DNA of 48,252 bases, filler included, from Stramenopiles sp. TOSAG23-2 (GCA_900128395.1; 2 parts of 2 records of this genome joined end to end with filler, not necessarily neighbours in it); one strand, 5' to 3'. Numbered from the whole stretch's first letter, positions 1 to 11,252 are shown. Notes: a model not told the origin generated them from the sequence alone. Numbers and translations: made by a program.

Positions 1-43
1 CACATACACACACGAGACACACATGAGACACATACGTAATATT

Positions 44-3031
44 TTACGGATGATTGTGTCCATGATCGTGTGTACATGTTGTTGAATTGCAATCGTCATC
101 TTTATTGATTGGCCAATCTGCATTTTCTTCAGCAAATGGATCCTTTAAACAGCACCATGCATCTTTGCTACCATCTTTAAACTCTTCATCAGTTAATACA
201 CATTTATTTAGAGTAGCTTCAATTTTTGGTATATCCATTTTTTGACCAATGAAAACCAACTCCTGTTGGCGATCACCGAACTTTTCATCCCAAAGAGGAG
301 CAATTGCTTCCTTCAAACCTTCAGGCCAGTCCTCTTCAGAGATCTTTGCCCACCATACTGGACCTGGAATGAGCGATGTTGTCTGTCCTGCAAGCGCAAA
401 AACAGCTTGAATATCGTATTGCGTCGCCAACCATGCAAAACCTTTCGCTCGCAACAACGTATCAAATGGTGCTTCTTTTCTACACATCATATCAAATGCC
501 TTTTGTAACCTTTCAGGATGCATTGGTCTTCTTGATCGAAATGTAAAGGAATGAATTCCATATTCAATTGTTTCTGGAACATGTTCTCCAATGCGGGCTT
601 CTTTCAGCCATTCGTCGTGTTTCTCTGCTTCTATCATAGAAAATCGCTTGGTACCTAGAATTTTAGTTGGGTCTACCACACCATGTGTTGATTCAATTAT
701 TTCAGCATCTGGATTAAATTTCCGCAATAACATTTTCACTGTACCCTTTTCTTTTTCATCAATAAGATCGCATTTATTTAATATAATTATATTCGCAAAT
801 TCCACTTGATCACATAATAAATGTGCAATCGTTCGTTGATCCTCCGGATCAGCATGCCACCCTCTGTTTCTCAATGATTCCAACGTTTGGAGCTCACGCA
901 TGAATGAAGCCCCATCTACTACAGTTACTAATGTATCCAGAGCAGCAACATCTGATAATGCAACTCCAGTATCATCTTTGAAAGTAAATGTTTCTGCAAC
1001 TGGCAATGGTTCAGAAATGCCACTACTTTCAATGATTAAATAATCAAAACGCTGTTCCGCAGCAAGTGTAGCAACTTCATTTAGCAAATCTTCTCTAAGC
1101 GTGCAACATATGCAACCGTTAGATAATTCAATCATACGTTCTTCTGTTTGCTTTAAAGAGCCTCCATTTTGCAACAGTGCAGCATCGACATTTACAGCAC
1201 CCATATCATTCACAATTAATGCAACGCGTAATCCTTGTCGATTTTGCAATACATGTGTCAACAAAGTAGTTTTACCAGCGCCAAGAAAACCAGAAAGTAC
1301 TGTTACAGGTAACATTTTATGTTCTTCTAACTTTCCATTCTTTGGTTGATTTCGTATTTTCCGTACTAATGCTAACATATCTTTTTTATTTATTTTTGTA
1401 GTGGTGGTGGTTGTGGTGGTGGTGGTGGTGCTAGTAGTTGTTGCCGAAATTGATAACGATGTATCATTCATGCCATCCTTGCCATTTTCAATAAATTCCA
1501 TTGGCATTGCTTCATCAAGTGTACCAGCACTCTCTTGACCAAATACACCGCCCCATTTAATTGGTAGGGCATTTGCAATTGCAGCGCCTTTTAAAGCATA
1601 TGCCATTGTTTGCAAGGCTATGATGGTACCTTGGTCATTTCCCAAAGCAGTGATTGCACGAGGAAGAGTATACCAATCATATATATCATCTTCATCTTCC
1701 ATATCTGCCTCTTCAAGTGGTCCATCAGGTGGAGGGTGAACAGCATAAAGTGCATACAATGTTACAATGATTGGCTTTCCAGATGGCAAATATATATTTA
1801 CTGGTACAATATTTGTCATTGGTATAACTTCCGTTTTACCGTCAATCTCGCAAAATTGGCTAACGCTACGAATGGCACAATCAAATGCTGACTCATTATC
1901 ATTGCAAGCTACAGATGGTATACGCAGTCCTTTCCATTTTTTTTTCAGTGATCTACAGAGAACACAACGATTTCCACGAAGAATCAAACCACCTATTTCT
2001 CGTGCACAGTCATCAATATTAATTTTCATTGCACTGTCATTATCACTAGTTGCTCCTCCTTTTTCCTCTTCTTCCTTTTCTAGCATTTGCAACTTTGATG
2101 TTACATCAATACTTATTTGTTTTCCCATTTTTGTATTCGGATCCAATATAATTTGTACTTCTGAGAAAAATATCATTTGTCCTAACTCATCGTATTTTTC
2201 CATATCATACTCTGGTACTACTATAATATCAGTTTTCTTCATGTCAGCATCTTTATTCTTCATTTCAACATCTTTTTTTTTATTATTTGCAACATTATCT
2301 TGCGGTATATCAATTTGAAAAATTGTTGGAATCAATAATTTATTATTTTCGATATTAAAATGACATGTCGAATTTCCAATTGGGCAATAATGTCGTAAAA
2401 TAGAATCACGTCGATTTTGTTCTTTACCATTTGAATATACTACGTCTAAACGAACATCTTTTAATTTTGATGCATATTGGTTGTTTAATTGATTACTAAT
2501 AAACTTTGAGGATAATTTTGGATGCAACATAATCAATCGTTTGATATTTTCTGAAGCAAATGCCCGAGATGCAACTGGGCTCAAAAGCTTTATTGCGAAT
2601 TGGCAACATACGCCACGTGCAACAATAGTAGCATTTCGAAGATGGAGTCGCTCTAAAAAGCGAACTATAGGTTTTTCCATCCGTTTTCCAAATTGTTGTA
2701 AAAGTGCTTCTTCGTTGGCAATGTCACGATCTAACTCATCTTTTTCGCGCAAGATTAATAAATCTGCAATGTCAATAACAAGAATAGTTGAAAATTCTTC
2801 AACTTTATCACTTTTTGTAAATAATATTTCTTGTGTCACACCCATTAAATTTTTCATAGGGTTACTACTTTTATCGGTTGCATGGCTTTGATGTTCCAAA
2901 ATGACCATGGCATCATATAAATAATCATTTTCTGGTGGTTTGTACGGGGAATATCCTTTGGTAGCAGCCCATGCCCGTACACATTGCCAATCTTGTTTTT
3001 CCTCTGATGATATCCGTGCTTTTCTTGACAT
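44..3031 (-). CDS. COG0523/CobW-family (G3E) P-loop GTPase metallochaperone with long N-terminal extension containing a degenerate Nudix-like domain
   Basis: 995-aa ORF. C-terminal half has LPVTVLSGFLGAGKTT (Walker A), GCICC (CxCC metal motif), IIESSG, LNKCD, CobW_C-like LRAKGF...QELVFIG and a His-rich tail (HDHGHNHP). Middle segment GGLILRGNRCVLCRS...RIPS...ESAFDCAIRSVSQFCEID resembles a Nudix fold. Confidence 0.9.
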   Translation of the reverse strand: MSRKARISSEEKQDWQCVRAWAATKGYSPYKPPENDYLYDAMVILEHQSHATDKSSNPMKNLMGVTQEILFTKSDKVEEFSTILVIDIADLLILREKDELDRDIANEEALLQQFGKRMEKPIVRFLERLHLRNATIVARGVCCQFAIKLLSPVASRAFASENIKRLIMLHPKLSSKFISNQLNNQYASKLKDVRLDVVYSNGKEQNRRDSILRHYCPIGNSTCHFNIENNKLLIPTIFQIDIPQDNVANNKKKDVEMKNKDADMKKTDIIVVPEYDMEKYDELGQMIFFSEVQIILDPNTKMGKQISIDVTSKLQMLEKEEEEKGGATSDNDSAMKINIDDCAREIGGLILRGNRCVLCRSLKKKWKGLRIPSVACNDNESAFDCAIRSVSQFCEIDGKTEVIPMTNIVPVNIYLPSGKPIIVTLYALYAVHPPPDGPLEEADMEDEDDIYDWYTLPRAITALGNDQGTIIALQTMAYALKGAAIANALPIKWGGVFGQESAGTLDEAMPMEFIENGKDGMNDTSLSISATTTSTTTTTTTTTTTKINKKDMLALVRKIRNQPKNGKLEEHKMLPVTVLSGFLGAGKTTLLTHVLQNRQGLRVALIVNDMGAVNVDAALLQNGGSLKQTEERMIELSNGCICCTLREDLLNEVATLAAEQRFDYLIIESSGISEPLPVAETFTFKDDTGVALSDVAALDTLVTVVDGASFMRELQTLESLRNRGWHADPEDQRTIAHLLCDQVEFANIIILNKCDLIDEKEKGTVKMLLRKFNPDAEIIESTHGVVDPTKILGTKRFSMIEAEKHDEWLKEARIGEHVPETIEYGIHSFTFRSRRPMHPERLQKAFDMMCRKEAPFDTLLRAKGFAWLATQYDIQAVFALAGQTTSLIPGPVWWAKISEEDWPEGLKEAIAPLWDEKFGDRQQELVFIGQKMDIPKIEATLNKCVLTDEEFKDGSKDAWCCLKDPFAEENADWPINKDDDCNSTTCTHDHGHNHP

Positions 3032-3479
3032 ATTGTTTTTGCTGTTGTCTTTTACTGCTGTAGTTGTAAATTATATATATGCAAGAATTGTATCTATTTA
3101 CTAATATGATATAGTATACATATATATTTGTAAGAATTAATATTAATACTAGTACTATATATGTACATATACCATTTACTCATACATCGAACTGTATTTG
3201 TACGTGGTATATTATAAACAAATAAATTGTGCATGATGATATAATATTTAGTAGTGTATCAAAGTAGAAGAGACGCGTAAATACAACAGTACCGACCGTC
3301 TAATATTAATAGTCAGTAATAGTGCCAGTTGCCAGTCGTTAATAATCCAAAAAAATATTGGATTTTCGCTATCAATTTAAGTACAAAAAAATTCTATAAA
3401 AAAGTGTAGTCTAAAAAATACACCTCCTGATCTCCTGATGATAAAATACCTACCCAGGTAATGAAGAAGAAATAAATTA

Positions 3480-3771
3480 CAAATAGTTTGCGATCAACAT
3501 GGCCCACTTGGAAAAACACGACGCCCACTCCCCCCCCCCCCCCCCCCACCAAAAATACCTTGAAAACGTGAAAAAAAGTGAAAAAACAACAAAATCTGCA
3601 ATTTTCTTAGTAATCTATTATATGTACATATTGCAGATTTTCATAAAAATTGCAGATTTTGTTGTTTTTTTCACTTTTTTCACGTTTTCAAGGTATTTTT
3701 GGCGGGGGGGGGGGAGAGGGGAGAGAGCGTCGTGTTTTTCCAAGTGGGCCATGTTGATCGCAAACTATTTG
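3480..3771. mobile_element. Putative MITE/foldback element with ~125-bp terminal inverted repeats and TA flanks
   Basis: TA|CAAATAGTTTGCGATCAACATGGCCC... at 3478-3480 and ...GGGCCATGTTGATCGCAAACTATTTG|TA at 3771-3773. The arms are reverse complements around a ~40-bp spacer and differ in the C/G-rich tract. Confidence 0.55.
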
Positions 3772-3990
3772 TAGTACAGTTGCATTATAGTACTGTATTC
3801 TATTAATACATACTTTTCTATTATTTGTTGTTTTTTTCACTTTTTTCACGTTTTCAAGGTATTTTTGGCGGGGGGGGGGGAGAGGGGAGAGAGCGTCGTG
3901 TTTTTCCAAGTGGGCCATGTTGATCGCAAACTATTTGTAGTACAGTTGCATTATAGTACTGTATTCTATTAATACATACTTTTCTATTAT
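3658..3990. repeat. Tandem duplication, ~166-bp unit (right arm of the palindrome plus flank)
   Basis: 3658-3823 recurs at 3824-3990, differing in poly-G length. Confidence 0.9.
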
Positions 3991-4199
3991 ATATTTCAGA
4001 AAAGGATCACATGCTCAATAAATATCCAGTTTGGTTGTTTGTAAATGTGTTCATGGTGATGGAGTTGTGAAAAGAACCTCAAAATAGTGGGGTTCCAATA
4101 AGTATAGATTTAGTATACCATAAATATATATTTGATAGGCCGATCTTGACAGATCTTTTGATAATACATAAACTTTTTGTTGCAAGTGCTGTATCTATG

Positions 4200-4874
4200 C
4201 TAATTATTATTATAGACACAGCACTAATTCAAAAAAACTTCATAGGGACCATTTTCACGACAATATCAATTAACAAAAAATCTCCATACTTAAGTTTTAA
4301 GTACTCTAACAAAAATATGTAAATTAGACTACGAAATTTATACTACATTTCTATAACACCTCAAACACAAATATTTTTGCCAATTTTATTTTCATTTTTA
4401 AAAGTTCCGCCAAATAGGGTACAAAAATTGAGAAATTTAATGAGATATATAAAATTTGCATTATGTCTTCAAACATCATTTTCAACATTTTGAAGTCATA
4501 TAAACTACCACATCCATTCTTTATATATATAACTTATATCTCTAAACTCCAACCAAAATAAATATTACATTTACATGAAACGCTAGACCCAAAGTGAATT
4601 TTCACTAAAAAATGTACATTTTTGGACACTTTTATTAAGGTTTTACAGGCCTATTCTATAGTAAGGGTACTTTGACATGCAATTGAAACGTCGTTAGTAA
4701 AGTATGTTCCTGACACTCAGTTGTCATCAACTTACTCTTAGGTTTGGCTCGATACATGTATAAATGAGAATCGAACCTACTTTTGTAATAATATTTTGAT
4801 TGATGTGAGATATATTGTATCAACTATACCCCATTTTGCAATGTATTTGAACATGCTTGAAAAAGGCCTAGAAT
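4200..4874. repeat. Dispersed repeat family, copy 1 (inverted, diverged homologue of 24203-24870)
   Basis: The reverse complement of ...CATGCTTGAAAAAGGCCTAGAAT (4852-4874) matches ATTCTAGGCCTTTTTCAAGCATG at 24203. Collinear similarity continues back to ATAGACACAGCACTA near 4212. Confidence 0.9.
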
Positions 4875-4976
4875 TCCAGATCGATTTTCATTCACAACAA
4901 TTTTAACAGGAGCTAGAAATCTTCATTTTGAACATGCAACATAAAAAATTTTTATAAAATCTCGTAGTTTCTATTT

Positions 4977-5220
4977 CATAGGTGATATATTTAACTTTTC
5001 TCCGAGAGTTTACATGTATAATTATGTTTTTAAACAAAAGTGCTGCAATTTTTTTTTAAATCACACGTTAGCATGGAGTTAGTATTAGAGCACTTTTCCA
5101 TAGGTGATATATTTAACTTTTCTCCGAGAGTTTACATGTATAATTATGTTTTTAAACAAAAGTGCTGCAATTTTTTTTTAAATCACACGTTAGCATGGAG
5201 TTAGTATTAGAGCACTTTTC
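4977..5220. repeat. Tandem duplication, 122-bp unit x2
   Basis: CATAGGTGATATATTTAAC...GAGCACTTTTC at 4977-5098 and 5099-5220, apparently identical. Confidence 0.9.
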
Positions 5221-5350
5221 CATGTAAATGGTGAAAATCATGAAAGGTTGAAAACTTTCATTAAAATAATTAATATTAGACTTTGAAACGTTGTATATCC
5301 GTTATTTATTACGTATACAATCTCTGTAGGTTGTGGTCTGGGGAGCTTAG

Positions 5351-5602
5351 AAGTAGAACCATGCTTACTAAAAATATCGTGCATTTTGATCATTTACGTT
5401 AGGGTTAGAGATGCTAGCACTACTCAGCATTGCGGGGTCATACCCGTACATAACGGGACCTCTCACTCTATTTTTCAAGTAGAACCATGCTTACTAAAAA
5501 TATCGTGCATTTTGATCATTTACGTTAGGGTTAGAGATGCTAGCACTGCTCAGCATTACGGGGTCATACCCGTACATGACGGGACCTCTCACTCTATTTT
5601 TC
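5351..5602. repeat. Tandem duplication, 126-bp unit x2, containing GTTAGGGTTAG
   Basis: AAGTAGAACCATGC... at 5351 and 5477, with three substitutions between copies. Confidence 0.9.
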
Positions 5603-5867
5603 AGCACCAACATACACTCATACGAATGCCATTTCTACACTTTCCTATTATATACAAAGCTGAAACCAATACCTAAAAGTCGTATACTGATCACCTAAAC
5701 AATCCCCGACCGTTCCCCTGTCCATACATCACATATAAGTCGAGCTTGACATCGATATGTAATTTTCAAGATCGGGTTAGTTTAGGGTTAGAGACCAAAA
5801 AATCACCAAAATATTGAAAAATTATCACAAATATCATCAAAATACAATATGTCGATTTTTTCTATCT

Positions 5868-6130
5868 AAATCTTCTACGAATGAATTCGTTTTAAGACAC
5901 ATCTCTTAACATACCCCTAAAGGAAAGAAGTACATGAATATTTTGATCTAATTATGTTTTAAATGAAACTGACAAGGTAAAGAAATTTTTTCAAAATGAA
6001 AATCTTCTACAAATTAATTCATTATAAGACACATCTCTCAACACTTGTCTAAAGGAAAGAAGTACATGAATATTTTGATCTAATTATGTTTTAAATGAAA
6101 CTGACAAGGTAACGAAATTTTTTCAAAATG
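5868..6130. repeat. Tandem duplication, ~132-bp unit x2
   Basis: AAATCTTCTAC...AAGACACATCTC...TAAAGGAAAGAAGTACATG at 5868 and 6000, with several substitutions. Confidence 0.85.
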
Positions 6131-6325
6131 ATGTATTTTTTTGAAATTAGTATGGACATAGGCTGGACTAAAAATGCAAAGTTTGAAAATTACAAAAGGT
6201 AGTTTTTTACATATACAGATACATAACTTTAGCAAAATAAGTATCCACGATCAATTTTGATATACTTGGTAATGAACATACAAGGTATATCAATATTATT
6301 GTATCAATTTCATATTTAAATAACC

Positions 6326-7000
6326 GTTAAAAGTTGAAAAAAACGCGTAACCCTATAGCTGTAACACTACTTGATAGGTGCTTTTCGCATGTAGTGTCAG
6401 CTCTGTCTTACACAATGTAGTACAAAAATACTATACTGAATTATTGATAGGTTTCAATATTCCAAAAACGATATTTACAATTTATGTAAAAAAGTGAATT
6501 TCCATCTAAAATATGATATTTTGTATGATTTCATGTTAAAAGTTGAAAAAAACGCGTAACCCTATAGCTGTAACACTACTTGATAGGTGCTTTTCGCATG
6601 TAGTGTCAGCTCTGTCTTACACAATGTAGTACAAAAATACTATACTGAATTATTGATAGGTTTCAATATTCCAAAAACGATATTTACAATTTATGTAAAA
6701 AATGACATTTCCATCTAAAATATGATATTTTGTATGATTTCATATTAATGGTATTTATATCCAGCCTATGTCCATACTAATTTGAAAAAAACGCGTAACC
6801 CTATAGCTGTAACACTACTTGATAGGTGCTTTTCACTTGTAGTGTCGGCTCTGTCTAACACAATTTAGTACAAAAATAGTGATTGTTTTTTTGATAGGTT
6901 TCAATATTCCAAAAACGATATTTACAATTTATGTAAAAAATGACATTTCCATCCTAAAATATGATATTTTGTATAATTTTAAATTAATGGTATTTATATC
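6326..7000. repeat. Tandem array, ~210-240-bp unit x3, containing CGCGTAACCCTATAGC
   Basis: TTGAAAAAAACGCGTAACCCTATAGCTGTAACACTACTTGATAGGTGC at about 6334, 6543 and 6782. The third copy is more diverged. Confidence 0.9.
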
Positions 7001-7112
7001 TAATTTTAAGAAGATGATGAAATTGTTAAAATGTCGATGTAATTTTTACATGTTTTTTGTGTTTTTAAAAATGGATATTTTTTTAATTTAATGATTTCTA
7101 TGAATTTTATAC

Positions 7113-7401
7113 TTTGTTTTCGTCATTTCTGTAAATTAATAATTTATTTAAGTACAAATTTTAATGTAAAAATTCGATACCAGAAATTCTGCTATCCCTA
7201 ATTTCTGAAAACAAGAAATGTCAAAATTATTTTGCCAATTGATAGGAAAAATAGTATTTTGTTTTCGTCATTTCTGTAAATTAATAATTTATTTAAGTAC
7301 AAATTTTAATGTATAAATTTGATGCCTGAAATTCTGCTATCCCTAATTTCTGAAAACGTGAAATGTCAAAATTATTTTGCCAATTGATAGGAAAAATAGT
7401 A
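7113..7401. repeat. Tandem duplication, 145-bp unit x2
   Basis: TTTGTTTTCGTCATTTCTG...GATAGGAAAAATAGTA at 7113 and 7258, with a few differences. Confidence 0.85.
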
Positions 7402-7760
7402 TACTAATGGAGCCTAAGTTTAAAAAGGTATTTTCAATGTTTTTCCTTTGTTTTCTTGTAATGAAATGAAAAATCCAACATCAAAACAATGAATTATAAG
7501 AATTTAGGTTGAAAATGATGATTTTAATGAAATTTGAGGGAAAATATGCGAGTTGTAATGGTATGTAGTGCTATGAGGAAAAAGGAAAAGAAAACTGAAG
7601 TAGAAACTATAAAAAAAAAAAAAGGAGGTGTTGTTGTCATCTTTGAGCAACATATATTACTTACTAATCTCACGAGTAATATAAATATATATGTAGAGGG
7701 ATGAAAATGAAATATTAGAAAACAACTGTTAATACGATACAAACAAATAAGCTACAATAA

Positions 7761-8375
7761 ATGATGGCAAGAATAACAAGTATGAAATATATTACGTTTT
7801 TGTTTTTGTGCACGCTAGTTTTATTTAGCAAGTATGTCGTAATGGGATTAAAGCACGATGCAAAAAGTATTAGTAAAAATAGCAATGTTGTCAGTATCAA
7901 TAGTAATAATAAAAATAATAATAACAATAAAAATAAACGGACTCCTTGGATGGAACATGCTCAAGCTTATCCTGAATTGAAGCCAAGTGATGCAATTTTG
8001 CCGGGGGATGTTGCGGCTGCAGGGGATCCTGAACAGAAATATGATAATCCACTAAAGCCACCACCGTGGATGATGTTAAAAGGAATGGAACCTCCAGGAT
8101 TGCCAGAAACTCCTCCTCCACCACCACCAGAGCAACCTGCTCCATTAGCTACACCTGATTTTAGTTCGTGGGGAGGTGCTGGTTGGAATGGATATATGCC
8201 AAAAACATTAAATAACGGAGGTAGTCTTAACCCGAGTGTGCATTTGCTAGCACAAGGTCCCCAACAGCGTTATCGCATTGGCGTAACACCAACCAGTACA
8301 TTAAACTCTTATTATGGTTCTTTAATAGAAATGAGTAATAGAAGGAAGAAAAATAGGTTATTACGTGGCAATTAA
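7761..8375 (+). CDS. Putative secreted or membrane-anchored Pro-rich protein of unknown function
   Basis: 204-aa ORF with a hydrophobic N-terminus (YITFLFLCTLVLF), a poly-Asn tract and a Pro-rich core. It is more GC-rich than its flanks. Confidence 0.7.
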   Translation: MMARITSMKYITFLFLCTLVLFSKYVVMGLKHDAKSISKNSNVVSINSNNKNNNNNKNKRTPWMEHAQAYPELKPSDAILPGDVAAAGDPEQKYDNPLKPPPWMMLKGMEPPGLPETPPPPPPEQPAPLATPDFSSWGGAGWNGYMPKTLNNGGSLNPSVHLLAQGPQQRYRIGVTPTSTLNSYYGSLIEMSNRRKKNRLLRGN

Positions 8376-8582
8376 ATTATTATTATTTTATCATCAACGT
8401 AAGAAGAAAATATAAGCTATTGTGTCGTCGATACTTTTTTGTTTTGCTTTAAATTTTTGTAAAAATTTTTTATACATTTTATAACGTTAAAATATTAATT
8501 ATAACAAATACAAGCTTAATTATTTCATGTGCGTGTGTATAATACACGCACAAATAGCTTTTAACCCCACTTCTCTGTGTAT

Positions 8583-9497
8583 TTATTTATCAGCAGTTGC
8601 TAGATTCATCCAATAAATTTTTTCTTTCCCAAGTTGTTCAATATTCTGTTCCATAGTAGCAATTTTCTTTAAATATAAATTCTTTTCCGCTTGTAAATTT
8701 CCAATCATTGCTTTAAATTTTTTCTCACTTTTCGTCGAATCTAAAATCAACTTTTCCATTGTAGTATGCAAATGATATGCCTTTGCTTTAATTAAAGATT
8801 TTTTCATCAGTGCTACTTCCTCTTCTGCTTTTGCAGCACGTTCTTGCGCCGATGCCATTGCAAGACGATTGCTTTCACGCATGCGATCTAATGCCATTTC
8901 TACGTCACCAACACCTAAAAGTGAAGTATCATTACTACTTCTTAAAATATCTATTTGCTTCTTCAAAAATACTTCTCGTTCATAAGCTCGTTCCAACGCT
9001 CTGGCGGATGCTTTTCTTTCTTTGACTAAAGTTTGACGTAATACAGTTATTTGATGATCTCGTGGATCTGCCAATGTCATTGATGGATTAGGTGCTGGCG
9101 GTGGTTGTCTTGTTGGCGTTGCCTTGTTGGTATAATTATTATTATTATTATTATTATTATTGTTACTGTTATTGTTGTTATTATTTTCGATAGTATTTCC
9201 TTGATAACTAAACGACGTTGATTGTTGTGTGGATTCATTCTTTCTTGGTGACACGTATCCCAACGAAGCAGCCATTTTTGCATTTTGCGCACGCATGCTT
9301 TGAATGCTCTGATTATAATTAACATGATTGTGGCCATATGCCTTATTTAATATTCTTTGTTGTTCCTCTTCAACAGCATTTAAAGTTAATGGGACAATAT
9401 TATTATCGGCTTCTTTTGACATTGGATTGTTCTCACTTTGATGAAGTGCAACAAGACTATCAAATCTTGACATGAAACTTTTTTCAATATCACTCAT
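8583..9497 (-). CDS. Coiled-coil protein of unknown function
   Basis: The ORF track gives 8583-9539. The first ATG (MSDIEKS) is at 9497. Heptad-like C-terminal half and a poly-Asn tract. Confidence 0.75.
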   Translation of the reverse strand: MSDIEKSFMSRFDSLVALHQSENNPMSKEADNNIVPLTLNAVEEEQQRILNKAYGHNHVNYNQSIQSMRAQNAKMAASLGYVSPRKNESTQQSTSFSYQGNTIENNNNNNSNNNNNNNNNNYTNKATPTRQPPPAPNPSMTLADPRDHQITVLRQTLVKERKASARALERAYEREVFLKKQIDILRSSNDTSLLGVGDVEMALDRMRESNRLAMASAQERAAKAEEEVALMKKSLIKAKAYHLHTTMEKLILDSTKSEKKFKAMIGNLQAEKNLYLKKIATMEQNIEQLGKEKIYWMNLATADK

Positions 9498-10019
9498 TTT
9501 GTATACGCGTGTGTATATATAAAGTATGGGCTGATTCAATATTGTGATTATCTTTTATTTGTAATTGTTCTATTGTATGATTGTAACATTTGTCTTTACA
9601 ATAAATTTATTTTGTAACAACTAGTTGTATAAATATTTCTACTACTACTTCATAATTCTAGAATAATAATAAAAAAAAATAATATAGTCCGCCGCTGGTC
9701 TGCGAAAGAAGAAACAAAAAAACTAAGTACCAATATTTATATTCTAAGCTATTACATAGACAGAAGACATACTACTACCAGCTAGCACTATATATATAGT
9801 ATTATTATTTTATTACGAAAAAAACTATTATTAAATTCATCATACCACTGCTGGACTGGTGGTACAAGTACTATATAATACTATAATATACACTCTGCAT
9901 CAAAACTGCAACTATATGATCTTGACTACTATTATTGGTAATATTACTTCTGCCCCCATAATTATAACTAGGACTACCTGACAACTAAAGTCCAAAATCG
10001 TGGTCTGGTACCTTTTAGA

Positions 10020-11252
10020 ATGTGTATAATAATCGAATGGTTGCTGCGCTGCTTTTGCGATCGCTTTTGTTGCCAAGAAAAGAATAATAATGCTGAAGAT
10101 AATAGTTGCTGCGGAAAAATATGTAAATTTATTGAAGATTCCTCTTTGAGAGTCCATCTCCTGATTGTTGGGGTGGTTTACAGTTTACTATTTATATGGA
10201 CTACCGTCTGCTTACCAATAATTTTTGGATCTAACATGATGTATGATGAGGTCGGGACAAATTTTATTTTCTTTTTCCTTTTCTGGATACCCAATTCTTT
10301 TGCATTGTTCCTGGTAATGGGGTTGTGGAAGAAGTTGGCTGTGGAAGAAGTTGGCATTTTCAAGTTGCTTGAAGAATTTAGCGAAAAATTCCCTGATACG
10401 GTATTTCATGGTTTGAGTTCATATAATTTATTGCTGATGTTCCTTCCTTGGACCATGTACCTTTTAATTGTGTACGACAAAGATCTCGTTGAGAGGTTGG
10501 CAGGAACAATCAAAGTGGAAGATGCACGGGCAATCGCAGAAGCTAACAAATTTGTCGAACCATTCTTCGTCTTCAAGAATGGATATATTGACGAGGAGCC
10601 CGATGCATGCTATCAAAATATGTATTACAAAGCAGAACCTGGCTGTCGATGGTTTTGCGATTATCCATCCTATGATCGCATCTGCCCAATTGTGCCCTCG
10701 GAGCAGGCGAACATAACATGTGAAGATATTGTGGGTTGGTATGGATACAACTTTTACAATGGCTCGATATCGACGTTTGGTTATCGTTATTCACCTAATT
10801 GTGATGATGGATTTTGCGTTTCTGGTGAAATAATACATCATTCTTTGCCAACGCTAAAGGAAGAAAAAGGAGAACACACACACAAATCTATATATCATGA
10901 TTGTAATACTATGTCGGAATTGCTGCTGTACAAATCTTTAGCTAAGAGGTTTATAGACGAAACGCCAATGAAATTTATTTCTCGATGTTTGTGGTTTGCT
11001 TTCAATTTCCTGTTTGTTGTTGTCGGCAGCTATTTCCTTTGGTGTAAAAAGGTGGAATGGAAACCCGCTGATGTGTCAGTGGCAGAGGTGATTGCGGAAG
11101 TAGAAATCCCTGACCGTGCCGATACTGACCGTAACATAAATATATCAGTGGCAGAGGTGGTTGCAGAAGAAGCAGAATGTCCTGACTGTGACATAAATAA
11201 TATATCAGTGGCAGCGGCGATAAATAATATAAAGCTAAAAAGCACAATCTAA
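10020..11252 (+). CDS. Multi-pass membrane protein with a Cys-rich loop, unknown function
   Basis: 410-aa ORF with about four hydrophobic segments, Cys clusters and repeated C-terminal (I/V)SVAEV(I/V)AE motifs. Confidence 0.75.
   Translation: MCIIIEWLLRCFCDRFCCQEKNNNAEDNSCCGKICKFIEDSSLRVHLLIVGVVYSLLFIWTTVCLPIIFGSNMMYDEVGTNFIFFFLFWIPNSFALFLVMGLWKKLAVEEVGIFKLLEEFSEKFPDTVFHGLSSYNLLLMFLPWTMYLLIVYDKDLVERLAGTIKVEDARAIAEANKFVEPFFVFKNGYIDEEPDACYQNMYYKAEPGCRWFCDYPSYDRICPIVPSEQANITCEDIVGWYGYNFYNGSISTFGYRYSPNCDDGFCVSGEIIHHSLPTLKEEKGEHTHKSIYHDCNTMSELLLYKSLAKRFIDETPMKFISRCLWFAFNFLFVVVGSYFLWCKKVEWKPADVSVAEVIAEVEIPDRADTDRNINISVAEVVAEEAECPDCDINNISVAAAINNIKLKSTI

Noticed and set aside
5398-5793. TTAGGG motifs as a true telomere
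   Set aside because: Only one or two units each, located internally, with no array.
3499-7091. Short ORFs 3499-3774, 3688-3918, 5386-5676 and 6879-7091
   Set aside because: They lie within inverted or tandem repeats, and their peptides simply mirror repeat structure.
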